Positions 24,112-33,852 of a DNA stretch of 41,480 nt are shown here, piece after piece. Each line of letters starts with the position of its first letter. Position 1 is the first letter of the stretch. Below the pieces are notes generated by a model. It was not told where the DNA came from. It did no database searches and saw only the letters and a program-made list of their open reading frames with translations. Position numbers and translations under genes: made by a program. Source of the stretch: Candidatus Dojkabacteria bacterium. GTDB lineage: Bacteria > Patescibacteriota > Dojkabacteria > SC72. Location of the stretch: positions 1-41,480 of the forward strand of contig JBAYNT010000001.1 in the NCBI GenBank assembly GCA_041678645.1, given 5' to 3'.

Positions 24112-25883
24112 AAAGTCCAATTATAGATATCCTTATAAAGATCCTCTAGCCTTATAATCTCATCAAAGTTTATTCCGCTTATACTATCTCGAGCCACATA
24201 CAGATATGATGGGCGGTATAGAAATATTGCTGGAGTATCATTTACTAAGTATTTCTGAAAAAGGGAGTAGTCTTTCTTCCTTTCCGTTCGTTCTGTTTCT
24301 CTTTTTCCTTCTTCTAAAAGTATATCTACACGACTAAACTCATACCCTGATAAGTTTAAATTGGGGTATTCCTTCTCTGAAGAATGCCAAAGATTGTACT
24401 GATCAGGATCAACAGTTACCTCTATCTCATACATAAGAACTTCAAAATTCCTTGTTGCTAAAATCTCCTGTGTTAATTGAGGGTAAGTAAGAGGCTCCAA
24501 ATTCATGATCACACCTTCCTCGGTCAACATTAAGGCCATTGTGTTTAACAAATTGTCATTTGCGTTGTTTTTTAAATAACTTACCGTAAAAGTAAGCAAC
24601 TTTTTGTCTTCTGTTTCAAAATACCCGTTAGACTCATTTTTTGTGTAACCAGCCTCCTTCAAAAACTCCTTTGCCTTTTCTGGATTATACTTAGGGAAAT
24701 CTATATCACCAGCATATGCCCAGCTACAATCACAAATTGGTCCGTCGGCAACAGTACCATTAATACCAGATCGCTCAAGTAACCCTTCTTTATCTATTAG
24801 CAATGAGACACCCTTTCTCAAAGGGCTGTTTTGGAATTTTTCTTTTCGTAAATTAAAAAATAGCACTCTTTCTCTATATGGTAAAGATACTGCATTAATA
24901 TTGTAGGAGGAATACTCATTAACAAAATCAGCACTTTCATCATTAGGTAGTAAAGCTGCATCAAGAAGGCCATTTCTGAATGCAGATTCTAATCCGTCAA
25001 TATTTGAATATACCCTCAGAACAACATTGGGAATATTTACCTTTGAAGTAAAATGTCCTGACTCCTGAAGACTTACGATATTAGGCTCACTTCTATAGAC
25101 CTTATACGGACCGGAGCCAACGGGATTCCTAGAAAACCTGTCAAATGGCATCTCTGCTAAGGGGACTATCTCAAGAATGTGCTGTGGGACAATATATATG
25201 GAGGCTAGCTCAGGAAACATCACATTTGACCGAGGAAGAGTGAACTTAATTGTATCACTATCAACTACTTCTATTTTGACAGTAGTAAACCCAGATCCAA
25301 CTGTGTCATACCCATGCTCCTCAGAAAGCTTAATAGCTGAATCAAATGTAAAATATACATCCTCTATGGTTAGAGGAACACCATCGCTCCAACTATGATT
25401 TAAATCAATATCAAATTGATAAACTTTATTACCTTCTGATATCTCCCAATTATATGCAATGCCAGGCAAGATATCTCCATTCGAATTAATATTTACAAAT
25501 TTTTCAAAAACAAGCTTTTGAACAGCCTTATCTGCATCATTTTGGTTGCTAAACAATGGATTGAATGTAGAGATAGCTCCAATTCTGCCCTCAACATAGG
25601 TAGTACTTTCCCTAGAGGAAACTTTCTCTGCTAAAATGTTACTTCTAAGAAAAGTAAAGAGTCCAAAACCAACAAGACAGAATAACAAAATTGTACTTAA
25701 TGGGGAAGTTAACTTTAAAAGTTTTGAAAGATTCTCAGGGTAATTCCAGAAAAAATCTCTGACGGGAAACTCTTTTCTGACCTTAGCTCCTTTTTTGCTA
25801 TTAGCTTTGGGTACAATATTAACAAAAGCCTCTCGCATTGAAACCGCTTTGTGAACTTTTTTCTTAGATCTAGGTTTAGGCAT
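24090..25883 (-). CDS. ABC-type substrate-binding protein, family 5 (peptide/nickel, OppA/DppA-like), membrane-anchored
   Basis: 597 aa with a basic N-terminus, a transmembrane helix and SBP_bac_5-like architecture (GSGPYKV ... pattern). No cognate permease or ATPase gene is adjacent. The last 22 nt overlap the 3' end of tRNA-Leu on the opposite strand. Confidence 0.75.
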   Translation of the reverse strand: MPKPRSKKKVHKAVSMREAFVNIVPKANSKKGAKVRKEFPVRDFFWNYPENLSKLLKLTSPLSTILLFCLVGFGLFTFLRSNILAEKVSSRESTTYVEGRIGAISTFNPLFSNQNDADKAVQKLVFEKFVNINSNGDILPGIAYNWEISEGNKVYQFDIDLNHSWSDGVPLTIEDVYFTFDSAIKLSEEHGYDTVGSGFTTVKIEVVDSDTIKFTLPRSNVMFPELASIYIVPQHILEIVPLAEMPFDRFSRNPVGSGPYKVYRSEPNIVSLQESGHFTSKVNIPNVVLRVYSNIDGLESAFRNGLLDAALLPNDESADFVNEYSSYNINAVSLPYRERVLFFNLRKEKFQNSPLRKGVSLLIDKEGLLERSGINGTVADGPICDCSWAYAGDIDFPKYNPEKAKEFLKEAGYTKNESNGYFETEDKKLLTFTVSYLKNNANDNLLNTMALMLTEEGVIMNLEPLTYPQLTQEILATRNFEVLMYEIEVTVDPDQYNLWHSSEKEYPNLNLSGYEFSRVDILLEEGKRETERTERKKDYSLFQKYLVNDTPAIFLYRPSYLYVARDSISGINFDEIIRLEDLYKDIYNWTFGAKRGI

Positions 25884-25884
25884 A

Positions 25885-26106
25885 TTAGTCTCCTAACTTC
25901 AAAAGCGTTAGTGAAAGTATAACTAATATTGTAGTAAGGATAATAGTAAAGTAGTAAAGGAACTGCTCAAGTCCTCTTTTAGTCCTAAACACTTCTCCAC
26001 CACCACCAAACATCTTTCCTAATCCCTCAGCACGATTTTGCAAAAGCACTGAAACCACTATTAGCGCTGAGACTATAATTTGTATTATTAATAATGTTTT
26101 AGGCAT
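25885..26106 (-). CDS. secG: preprotein translocase subunit SecG
   Basis: 73 aa with two transmembrane helices flanking a Gly-rich loop (LLQNRAEGLGKMFGGGGEVFRTKRGLE), which is the SecG signature. Confidence 0.85.
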   Translation of the reverse strand: MPKTLLIIQIIVSALIVVSVLLQNRAEGLGKMFGGGGEVFRTKRGLEQFLYYFTIILTTILVILSLTLLKLGD

Positions 26107-26128
26107 AACTCCATATTATACTATATAT

Positions 26129-26536
26129 CTAATCAGATTTATCTAATGTATAAAATATTGCACTTATAAAAGCGGAGATTAATGAAAACAGTATAATGGT
26201 AAATATCGGAGTAATCTCAAAACCATTAAGTTGCAGAAAATCAAAGTTTGCTCCAGTAAACTCAGAGCTTTCAATAAAGAATCCTGTCATAAATATTTTA
26301 AGTAAAAATGTTATCCCAATAGTAACTAGTGTAGACATAAGAAGGTATGTGAGGAAGTTTACTTTAATTGTTAGAAAATTCAAGAAAGGCTTAGTAATCA
26401 TAACCCCTATACTTAAAACTATTAAAGTAGCAATGAAATATACTCCTAATGTTGGCATCACAACACCAGAGAAAATGGTGGTCGTGAAATAAAACACAAG
26501 TAAAAGGAGTAATAGATTCTTGAAATAACTTCCCAT
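26129..26536 (-). CDS. DUF360/YvlD-like (holin superfamily IV-like) membrane protein
   Basis: 135 aa with 4 transmembrane helices. The central VMITKPFLNFLTIKVNFLTYLLMS resembles the RPxLxxLTLPxxxxTxGLF core of the family. Confidence 0.5.
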   Translation of the reverse strand: MGSYFKNLLLLLLVFYFTTTIFSGVVMPTLGVYFIATLIVLSIGVMITKPFLNFLTIKVNFLTYLLMSTLVTIGITFLLKIFMTGFFIESSEFTGANFDFLQLNGFEITPIFTIILFSLISAFISAIFYTLDKSD

Positions 26537-26628
26537 AACCTAAATATGACAGTTTAATTCCTAATATAACTATAATATATAAAAATAGAGTTGTAAAACT
26601 CAATTCTATCCCATATACTTTATTTGAT

Positions 26629-28044
26629 ATGACTGCCCCAAAATTTTGCAAAAGTAAGATTGTCGCTACCATTGGACCAGCAAGCTGGGAGAAGGAAGTT
26701 ATTAAGGGCATGGTAGTTGCAGGCATGGATTTAGCAAGGGTGAACGCTTCTTTTGCTGATTTCGATGAACTAAAGAGAGTGAAGGACCTTGTACGCTCGA
26801 TATCTCCAAGAGTCTCACTCATACTCGACACCATGGGAAACAAAATAAGAGTAGTGGGCTTTACAGAACCAATAAGTGTGAGAAAAAATGAATCATTAGT
26901 ATTAATTCCAGAAAGTCAGCAAAGTAGTCAGAATTCCCAGATCCAAATAACTTATGAGAGTCTACATGATGATCTCTCAAGAGGGGCGAAGATCTTAATC
27001 GATGATGGTAACCTTGAACTTACTGTAACTGACATTATAGATAAATCTATTATCTGCAATGTAGAGAATAACTACATAATTAAACCAAACAAGACTGTTA
27101 ACATCCCAAATCAGCAATTACATTTCCCTATATTAACAGAAAAAGATATTCAGGATATAAAAAATGCAGTAGAACTTAAATATGATTTTATTGCATTATC
27201 TTTTGTAGAGAACACCCAGGTTATATTAGATGCTAGAGAAATAATTGGTGAAAGTGGCATAAACATAATATCGAAAATTGAGAATCAGGCTGGTGTAGAC
27301 AACTTCGAGGAAATACTCGAAGCCTCTGATGCCATTATGATTGCAAGGGGAGATCTAGGGGTAGAAATTCCATACGAACACATTCCGATTATTCAAAAAC
27401 AACTAATTTACAGATGCCGAGCTGCAGGTAAACCTGTAATAGTAGCAACTCAAATGCTAGAGAGCATGAGAGAGAATCCTCGACCAACTAGAGCTGAAAT
27501 AAATGATGTCGCGAATAGCATAATAGACGGAGCAGATGCCCTTATGCTTTCTGCTGAGACTTCTACCGGGCTTTACCCTGTAGAAAGTGTCAATATGATA
27601 AATCGTACCGCCCTAGCAACAGAGGACGTTTTAACGCCACAGATGCTGTATGGGAATACTCAAGCTAATAGAGATACAGACGAGATTTGCAGAACAGTTT
27701 TCAACTTAACCAATTCCATAGATTTAAAGGCCGTTATCATCCTTTCTCAGAGTGGAAGAACTGTTAGCTCCTTATCAAGACACAGGCCCACAGTACCCAT
27801 ATTTGAGATAAGTAACGATATACAGAGGATAAGGATAGACAACCTACTCAGAGGCGTTAAATGCTACTACTCAAAGAAAAACTCTGGAGATAGAGACGAA
27901 AGTATCCAAAATGCTGTGGAAATTGTTTTTTCATATGGGGAGTTGGATTTTACTGACAAAATTGCTATTATTAGCGGTAGCTCAATAAAAAACAAATGTA
28001 ATAATACAATATTGGAGATCGCTACCGTTAAAGATCTAATCTAG
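26629..28044 (+). CDS. pyk: pyruvate kinase
   Basis: 471 aa with KIVATIGPAS, MIARGDLGVEIP and MLSAETSTG, plus a C-terminal regulatory domain. Confidence 0.95.
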   Translation: MTAPKFCKSKIVATIGPASWEKEVIKGMVVAGMDLARVNASFADFDELKRVKDLVRSISPRVSLILDTMGNKIRVVGFTEPISVRKNESLVLIPESQQSSQNSQIQITYESLHDDLSRGAKILIDDGNLELTVTDIIDKSIICNVENNYIIKPNKTVNIPNQQLHFPILTEKDIQDIKNAVELKYDFIALSFVENTQVILDAREIIGESGINIISKIENQAGVDNFEEILEASDAIMIARGDLGVEIPYEHIPIIQKQLIYRCRAAGKPVIVATQMLESMRENPRPTRAEINDVANSIIDGADALMLSAETSTGLYPVESVNMINRTALATEDVLTPQMLYGNTQANRDTDEICRTVFNLTNSIDLKAVIILSQSGRTVSSLSRHRPTVPIFEISNDIQRIRIDNLLRGVKCYYSKKNSGDRDESIQNAVEIVFSYGELDFTDKIAIISGSSIKNKCNNTILEIATVKDLI

Positions 28045-28052
28045 AACTAATC

Positions 28053-28128
28053 GGTGACGTAGCCAAGTTGGTTAAGGCCGTGGTCTGCAAAACCACTATC
28101 ATGGGTTCGAATCCCATCGTCACCTCCA
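28053..28128 (+). tRNA. tRNA-Cys(GCA), CCA encoded
   Basis: Acceptor GGTGACG/CGTCACC, anticodon stem GTGGT/ACCAC with loop CTGCAAA, T arm ATGGG-TTCGAAT-CCCAT, discriminator T and CCA. It starts 8 nt after the pyk stop. Confidence 0.9.
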
Positions 28129-28182
28129 TATATTGAAAACATTATGATAATCAATTAAAATATCGATTACCATAACTATTAG

Positions 28183-28266
28183 GCCGGGATGGTGGAACTG
28201 GCAGACACGCGGGACTTAAAATCCCGTTCTAGAGATAGAGTGGGGGTTCAAGTCCCCCTTCCGGCA
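28183..28266 (+). tRNA. tRNA-Leu(UAA), class II, no encoded CCA
   Basis: Acceptor GCCGGGA/TTCCGGC, anticodon stem CGGGA/TCCCG with loop CTTAAAA, long variable arm, T arm GGGGG-TTCAAGT-CCCCC and discriminator A followed by CTC. Confidence 0.9.
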
Positions 28267-28268
28267 CT

Positions 28269-28514
28269 CTAGTCAGCATCATCAAACAGATCAGGATCGT
28301 CATTCCCACACTTAGGACAAACATTTACAGGAACCTGTCCCTCATATACAAAACCACACTTAAGGCACTTCCATCTAAGCCATCTATCTTCCAAATCTTC
28401 GGGGCTAAGACTCTGATTCTCATACTGAGAACCCTTTAAATTAGGTTGAATGTGGCTAGTAGGATCAGGTTGCTGATTTAGATTGCTGCCTTGATTATTA
28501 TTTAATCCCTGCAT
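28269..28514 (-). CDS. small rubredoxin-like zinc-ribbon protein with Q/N-rich N-terminus
   Basis: 81 aa. WKCLKCGFVYEGQVPVNVCPKCGNDDPDLF matches the rubrerythrin-type C-terminal rubredoxin-like module (CxxCG-x11-CPxCG). It overlaps the 3' end of the upstream kinase gene by 17 nt. Confidence 0.65.
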   Translation of the reverse strand: MQGLNNNQGSNLNQQPDPTSHIQPNLKGSQYENQSLSPEDLEDRWLRWKCLKCGFVYEGQVPVNVCPKCGNDDPDLFDDAD

Positions 28515-29085
28515 TATTTAAAAAATTAATAATTAAATTAAATGTTTGCTCAGGAGTTTGATCAGAGCTATCTATAACCAAATCGTTATATTTCTCTGGA
28601 TGGTTATAATCTATGTCGTATAACTTCTCATACCTTTTACGATCGTATTCATACCTTGATAGTAAATCTCTCTTAATCTGAGCACTCCTAAAAAACCTTT
28701 TCAGAAAGTTATGCTCTTCCTCTTTTTCTAAGGCCCTCTCTATTCTCGTTTTCAAATCTGCATTTAGCCAAATCTTTGCAGAACAAGAAATTCCTTCCTT
28801 TGTTGCTAAAGCCGCAAAAATCTTACTCTCTATTAAAACATTACGACTTTGAGAATACTCTCTCATTTTCCTGTCCACCTCTCTATCCAATTCATTAATC
28901 TCACCTTCCGTAGCTGATTTGAAATATTCTTCCAAATTTACGTAACCTCTTTTCTTTGCTCTATCACGGAAAATCTCTCCTGCATAGACTCTTTTTATAT
29001 TAAAGTGCTCTGCTAATCTTTTTGCTATTGTACTTGAACCGCTCTTCCCAGGTCCTCCAATAACTAAAAGGATTTGTTTGTTCAT
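28498..29085 (-). CDS. cmk: cytidylate kinase, archaeal-type (short P-loop NMP kinase)
   Basis: 195 aa with P-loop GGPGKSGSSTIAKRLAEHF followed by AGEIFRDRAKKRG. This resembles archaeal-type Cmk rather than bacterial Cmk. Confidence 0.65.
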   Translation of the reverse strand: MNKQILLVIGGPGKSGSSTIAKRLAEHFNIKRVYAGEIFRDRAKKRGYVNLEEYFKSATEGEINELDREVDRKMREYSQSRNVLIESKIFAALATKEGISCSAKIWLNADLKTRIERALEKEEEHNFLKRFFRSAQIKRDLLSRYEYDRKRYEKLYDIDYNHPEKYNDLVIDSSDQTPEQTFNLIINFLNNAGIK

Positions 29086-29112
29086 ACAGTAATATTGTAT
29101 ATTAGATATACT

Positions 29113-30315
29113 ATGGTGTCGAGAAGGAAAAAAAACAAAAGAAAAAACATTAAAAAAAGGTTAGGCTCTGGAGATAGAGTTATATTAACACTAACCATAC
29201 TTATGCTAATTTTTGGTGCAATGATGATCTTTGATGCTAGCATGTATGTTGCCAATAATGTGTTCTATGATAAATTTCATTTCTTAATACTTCACTTACG
29301 ATGGCTTGCAATTGGAATACCACTCTTCTTAATTATATATTCCTGGGATTATCACAAAATCCTTAAGTTAGCAGTTCCAAGTTTAATAGCCACCGTTGCC
29401 CTTTTACTGTTGGTCTTAATAGCTGGTGATGAAATCAATGGAGCAAAGAGGTGGTTTGTCTTAGGTGAAATTGGGAACATTCAGCCTGCAGAGTTTGCAA
29501 AAATTGCGGTTATCTTATACTTCTCATCATGGCTATCAACTCAAAACTTTAAATATAAGAGCTTAAATTCTGCTTTGAAAGATGGGTTTCTCAGACACCT
29601 CCTCAATTTTGGAGCTATCCTTGGAAGCATTGCAATTCTCATTATCTTAGAGCCCGATCTAGGTACAACAATGATTATCTGTATTACTGCTTTCTTGATG
29701 TTTCTAATTTCAGCAGAAAATCGTGTTCATACAATTAGCACAGTTTTATCAGCATTTATCATTGGTATACCACTTGCCACAATCGCTGCGATCATCGAGC
29801 CATATAGGCTAGAAAGGATAAAGACATATGTTGAACTGTTACTTAAAGGAAATGTCGCAGACCCAAGGGGTAGCGGTTACCAAATACAGCAAATTTTAAT
29901 AGGTATAGGTAGTGGTGGTTTCTTTGGGAAGGGATTTGGGCAATCAAGACAAAGGTTTGGGTATCTTGTAGAGAACACTGCATTTACGGATTCAACATTT
30001 GCAATACTCCTAGAAGAATTAGGGTTTCTAGGTGGCTCTATTTTAGTTTTTGCATGGATACTGTTTTTCCTTAGAGGAACTAAAATCGCCCAAAATGCAC
30101 CTGACAAAGAGGGAAAATTATTAGCCATGGGGATAGTAATTTGGCTCACATTACAAGCATTTCTTAACATGGGAGCAAATGTAGGATTAATCCCACTTAC
30201 TGGTATGCCTCTACCTTTCTTCACGTACGGGGGCTCAAGTACACTTGTAACTATAATGGGAATTGCTATACTTCTTAATATATCAAGATTTAGTAATCTA
30301 AATGGTAAAAACTAG
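29113..30315 (+). CDS. ftsW: FtsW/RodA/SpoVE-family peptidoglycan glycosyltransferase
   Basis: SEDS motifs are present: GAKRWF..G...IQPAEFAKI, EPDLGT, GSGYQI.Q...A.GSGG.FG.G.G and PLTG.PLPF.SYGGSS. The track ORF starts at a TTG (29074) that overlaps cmk; the ATG at 29113 (MVSRRKKNKRK) is preferred. Confidence 0.9.
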   Translation: MVSRRKKNKRKNIKKRLGSGDRVILTLTILMLIFGAMMIFDASMYVANNVFYDKFHFLILHLRWLAIGIPLFLIIYSWDYHKILKLAVPSLIATVALLLLVLIAGDEINGAKRWFVLGEIGNIQPAEFAKIAVILYFSSWLSTQNFKYKSLNSALKDGFLRHLLNFGAILGSIAILIILEPDLGTTMIICITAFLMFLISAENRVHTISTVLSAFIIGIPLATIAAIIEPYRLERIKTYVELLLKGNVADPRGSGYQIQQILIGIGSGGFFGKGFGQSRQRFGYLVENTAFTDSTFAILLEELGFLGGSILVFAWILFFLRGTKIAQNAPDKEGKLLAMGIVIWLTLQAFLNMGANVGLIPLTGMPLPFFTYGGSSTLVTIMGIAILLNISRFSNLNGKN

Positions 30316-31462
30316 AAAAATATTAATAACAGGAGGAGGTAGTGGAGGACACCTCTCTGCTTGCTCAGCAATAATCGAAGGGATAAAAGGAAGGTACCCA
30401 GAACTATATACTGATCTCGTCTATGTTGGAGGAGATCTAGGTATGGTAGGGGAGGATTTTGGCAATTCTTTAGAACAGAGAAAGTTTGAGAATGCCGACT
30501 TTAAAACCGAGTATATTAGGGCAGGGAAGCTACAAAGAAGACTCTCTCTATCATCCCTTAGATTATTTCTAAGATCGTTTCTTGGTTTGGTTGACTCTTT
30601 TAAAATTATCAAAAGAGAGAAGCCAGATCTCATTTTTTCTACTGGAGGGTTTGTTAGCGTACCTGTTACACTCGCGGGGTGGTTAAAAGGCACCCCAATA
30701 TATTTACATGAGCAGACGGCAACAGTTGGTTTGTCCAACAAAGTAGTAAGTAAATTCGCAAAGAGAATATATATAGCTTTTGAAAGTTCTAAAGATCATT
30801 TCCAGGAAGAGAAAGTTCTGTTAGTGGGCAATATTGTAAGAGAAGCAATTACAAATTTTAACACAGAAGAAGTCTCTAAAAATGTAAAAGACCTTATCAC
30901 ACAGTATACAGAATACCCACTAATCTATATTTCTGGAGGAGGTCTAGGATCTCATATGATAAATGAGAAGGTCCTATCTGAGATAAAGGAGCTTTTAACA
31001 AAATATAGGATTATTCTACAAACAGGAAGCAACCAGAAGTGCAACGACTTTAATAATTCACTAGAGATTAAAAGTAAGCTGCCACAAGAGTTACAGGAAA
31101 GATTCTTGCCAATCAAATTCATAGATGATAAAAACATAGGATACGTTTATAAGAACATGGGCCTTTTCATTGGCAGAGCCGGCGCTAACACTGTATATGA
31201 AATTGGTTTATTAGCTAAACCTTCAATATTCATTCCAATACCGTGGGTTACCAACAATGAACAGTTTCTGAATGCTAAGGTGTTAGTAGATCTTGGTCTC
31301 TCTACAATAATTGAGGAAAAGGAGTTGAAGAAACTTACCTTAAATGAAATTATAGAAGTAGAGATTAGCAAACTATCGAAAAAGAAGATAAATGTAGAAG
31401 AGATAAAGAGAATGTTCCCTGCTAATGCTGTGGAAAAAGTCTTAAACGACATGTATACTTAG
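30302..31462 (+). CDS. murG: undecaprenyldiphospho-muramoylpentapeptide beta-N-acetylglucosaminyltransferase
   Basis: 386 aa with ILITGGGSGGHLSA (G-loop), a GT28 N-terminal domain, a C-terminal domain (RAGANTVYEI) and dcw context. Confidence 0.95.
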   Translation: MVKTRKILITGGGSGGHLSACSAIIEGIKGRYPELYTDLVYVGGDLGMVGEDFGNSLEQRKFENADFKTEYIRAGKLQRRLSLSSLRLFLRSFLGLVDSFKIIKREKPDLIFSTGGFVSVPVTLAGWLKGTPIYLHEQTATVGLSNKVVSKFAKRIYIAFESSKDHFQEEKVLLVGNIVREAITNFNTEEVSKNVKDLITQYTEYPLIYISGGGLGSHMINEKVLSEIKELLTKYRIILQTGSNQKCNDFNNSLEIKSKLPQELQERFLPIKFIDDKNIGYVYKNMGLFIGRAGANTVYEIGLLAKPSIFIPIPWVTNNEQFLNAKVLVDLGLSTIIEEKELKKLTLNEIIEVEISKLSKKKINVEEIKRMFPANAVEKVLNDMYT

Positions 31463-31466
31463 GTAT

Positions 31467-32546
31467 ATGGAGATATCTCATAATAGATCCTTAAAAGCAT
31501 TAAACCAGTATGGTGTTGATGTAGCCGCAAAGATATATGTTGATATTAAGGATTTAAAGGATTTGGAAGAGTTAAAAAACTCTGAACTGCTAAAGGAGCA
31601 AAACATACTAATCCTTGGTGAAGGAAACAATATCCTTTTTAAAGATAATTACGACGGTTTAGTAATAAAACCTAATTTTAAAGGCAAGGAAATCGTTAGG
31701 GAGGACGAAAATAACATCTTCATCAAAGCATATAGTGGGGAAAACTGGGAAGAGTTTGTAATATGGAGTGTAGAAAATGGTTACCAGGGGATTGAAAATA
31801 TGACAATGATTCCAAGCAGTGTAGGAGGGGCTGTTTCACAAAACATAGCTGCCTACGGACAAAACATCATGGATGTTGTCCAGACGGTATATGCCTTTGA
31901 TTTGAAAGAAAAGGAATTTAAAACCTTTGAGAATAAGGATTGCGAATACGAATACAGATCTAGCATTTTCAAGACGAAATATAGGAACAGATTCTTAATT
32001 CTATACGCCATTTTCAAATTCAACAAAGTTGCCAAAGAACTAGAGATTACCTACCATGAGCGGGCATCAAGATATGGATCCTTAGAGGATGAATTAAAAA
32101 AGTTCTCCAAAGAGCCTTACTCCATTGCTGATGTTATGAAGGCAGTACAAAATTTAAGGTCCAAAAAGCTCCCATCAGTCGAAGAATATGGAACCTGCGG
32201 CTCTGTATTTGCCAATCCAATAGTCACAAAAGATAAGTATTTTGAACTTGTTAAGTTAATCCCAGAACTACAATCATACCCTGTTGAAAAATTGGATTAT
32301 AGTAGAGAAAATTGGTCCGATATTAAAGAAGAATATGTGAAGATTCCTGCAGGTCGAATCATTGATTATTTGGGTTGGTTAGGAAAATGGGAGGGGAATG
32401 TTGGAGTATATGATAAACATGCCCTTTGCATAGTAACAAATCGAAAGGCTACGGGAAGTCAGATATTCAGCCTCTTAGAAAAAATTAGGTTGAATGTTAA
32501 AGAGAAATATGACGTTGATTTAGTTTATGAGATAAATATAATTTAA
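31467..32546 (+). CDS. murB: UDP-N-acetylenolpyruvoylglucosamine reductase
   Basis: 359 aa with an FAD-binding PCMH domain (ILGEGNNILF) and a C-terminal MurB domain (GSVFANP ... AGRIID). It lies between murG and murA. Confidence 0.9.
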   Translation: MEISHNRSLKALNQYGVDVAAKIYVDIKDLKDLEELKNSELLKEQNILILGEGNNILFKDNYDGLVIKPNFKGKEIVREDENNIFIKAYSGENWEEFVIWSVENGYQGIENMTMIPSSVGGAVSQNIAAYGQNIMDVVQTVYAFDLKEKEFKTFENKDCEYEYRSSIFKTKYRNRFLILYAIFKFNKVAKELEITYHERASRYGSLEDELKKFSKEPYSIADVMKAVQNLRSKKLPSVEEYGTCGSVFANPIVTKDKYFELVKLIPELQSYPVEKLDYSRENWSDIKEEYVKIPAGRIIDYLGWLGKWEGNVGVYDKHALCIVTNRKATGSQIFSLLEKIRLNVKEKYDVDLVYEINII

Positions 32547-32558
32547 TCATAAAAAAAT

Positions 32559-33851
32559 ATGGCAGATTTAATAGTTAGGGGTGGGAAAAGCCTAAATGGA
32601 GAGATTACTCCTGCAGGAAATAAAAACGCTGCCTTACCAATACTTTGCGCTACTCTTCTAACTGATGATGACGTGACCCTAAGGAATTTCCCGGATCTCC
32701 TTGATGTCCAGAAACTAGTTGATCTATTAATCTCTCTTGGTTCAGAGATAGAGTGGGATAAAGAGAATTGTACGATTAAGATAAACAATCGGAATCTTAA
32801 AAAAAGTTTTGGAGAGGAAGGATTCCCTCTTGGAATGAGAGGAGCTGTTCTTTTGCTTGGTCCTCTAGCGGTAAGGATGAATAAGATAGAGGTTAAATCA
32901 GAGATAGGTGGTTGTTCCTTAGGTATCAGAGAGCTGGACCCTCATATCGAAATCTTAAGAAGCCTTGGTGCTAATGTTAAAACTAACCAACATATAACTA
33001 TAGAGACCTCCGATGGACTAACTGGGGGTTCACTCTGGCTAGATTATATGTCGGTTACAACGACAGAGAATTTTATAATGGCAGCTTCAAGAGCAAGAGG
33101 AAGATCTGAGCTTACGAATGCTGCTTCTGAGCCTCATGTACAAGCCTTATGTAACTTTCTTAATCAAATGGGTGCGAAGATAGATGGTGTAGGATCATGT
33201 AAAGTTATAATTGAAGGGGTAGATAAATTACATGGTACTGATTTTACGATTCCGTCGGATCATCATGAGATTACAACATTATTAGCACTTGGTGCTATGA
33301 CAAAGGGCAACGTGCGTGTTACAAACTCAGAACCAGAATACTTTCCATTAATAAATAGATCCTTTAGAAAGCTTGGGGTTAATATAGAATATGATGGAGA
33401 TACTGCTTTTGTTAAAGGAACACAAGAGCTGAAAGTTCTAGAACCTTTTACAAAAAACCTGTTGCAAAAAATCGAAGCTGCACCGTGGCCATATTTCCCT
33501 GCAGATCTTATACCTCTTATGATAGCTTTAGCTGTCAAGGCAGATGGTTCAATTATGTTTTGGAACAAATTATATGAAGGAGGGTTTTTCTGGATACCTG
33601 AGATGGTCAAGTTTGGAGCACATATTGTAATGTGTGATCCACATAGAGTAATTGTATATGGTAATAAGCCTCTACAAGCTGCAACTGTCAACGCTCCTGA
33701 CATTATTAGAGCAACCGTAGCATTACTTATGGTAGCTTTAACTATTAACGGTGAGAGTAGGATAAAGAATGCTGACTCAATTAAGAGAGCTCATCCTAAT
33801 TTTATCGAGAATCTTAACAAACTTGGTGCCAATATCGAGTGGGTAGAGTAG
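32559..33851 (+). CDS. murA: UDP-N-acetylglucosamine 1-carboxyvinyltransferase
   Basis: 430 aa with LIVRGGKSLNGEITPAGNKNAALPILCATLL. The catalytic Cys is retained (IGGCSLGIRELDPH). The protein has the EPSP-synthase-fold repeats. Confidence 0.95.
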   Translation: MADLIVRGGKSLNGEITPAGNKNAALPILCATLLTDDDVTLRNFPDLLDVQKLVDLLISLGSEIEWDKENCTIKINNRNLKKSFGEEGFPLGMRGAVLLLGPLAVRMNKIEVKSEIGGCSLGIRELDPHIEILRSLGANVKTNQHITIETSDGLTGGSLWLDYMSVTTTENFIMAASRARGRSELTNAASEPHVQALCNFLNQMGAKIDGVGSCKVIIEGVDKLHGTDFTIPSDHHEITTLLALGAMTKGNVRVTNSEPEYFPLINRSFRKLGVNIEYDGDTAFVKGTQELKVLEPFTKNLLQKIEAAPWPYFPADLIPLMIALAVKADGSIMFWNKLYEGGFFWIPEMVKFGAHIVMCDPHRVIVYGNKPLQAATVNAPDIIRATVALLMVALTINGESRIKNADSIKRAHPNFIENLNKLGANIEWVE

Positions 33852-33852
33852 G

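Noticed and set aside
26129-26536. Holin-family annotation as evidence for a prophage
   Set aside because: The DUF360/YvlD family is widespread as a chromosomal membrane protein. The neighbours are secG and pyk. No endolysin, capsid, terminase or integrase is present in the window.
26391-26843. 150-aa minus-strand ORF overlapping the pyk start and the DUF360 gene
   Set aside because: It overlaps two better-supported genes, on the opposite strand and in another frame. It has no recognisable motifs and is treated as a shadow ORF.
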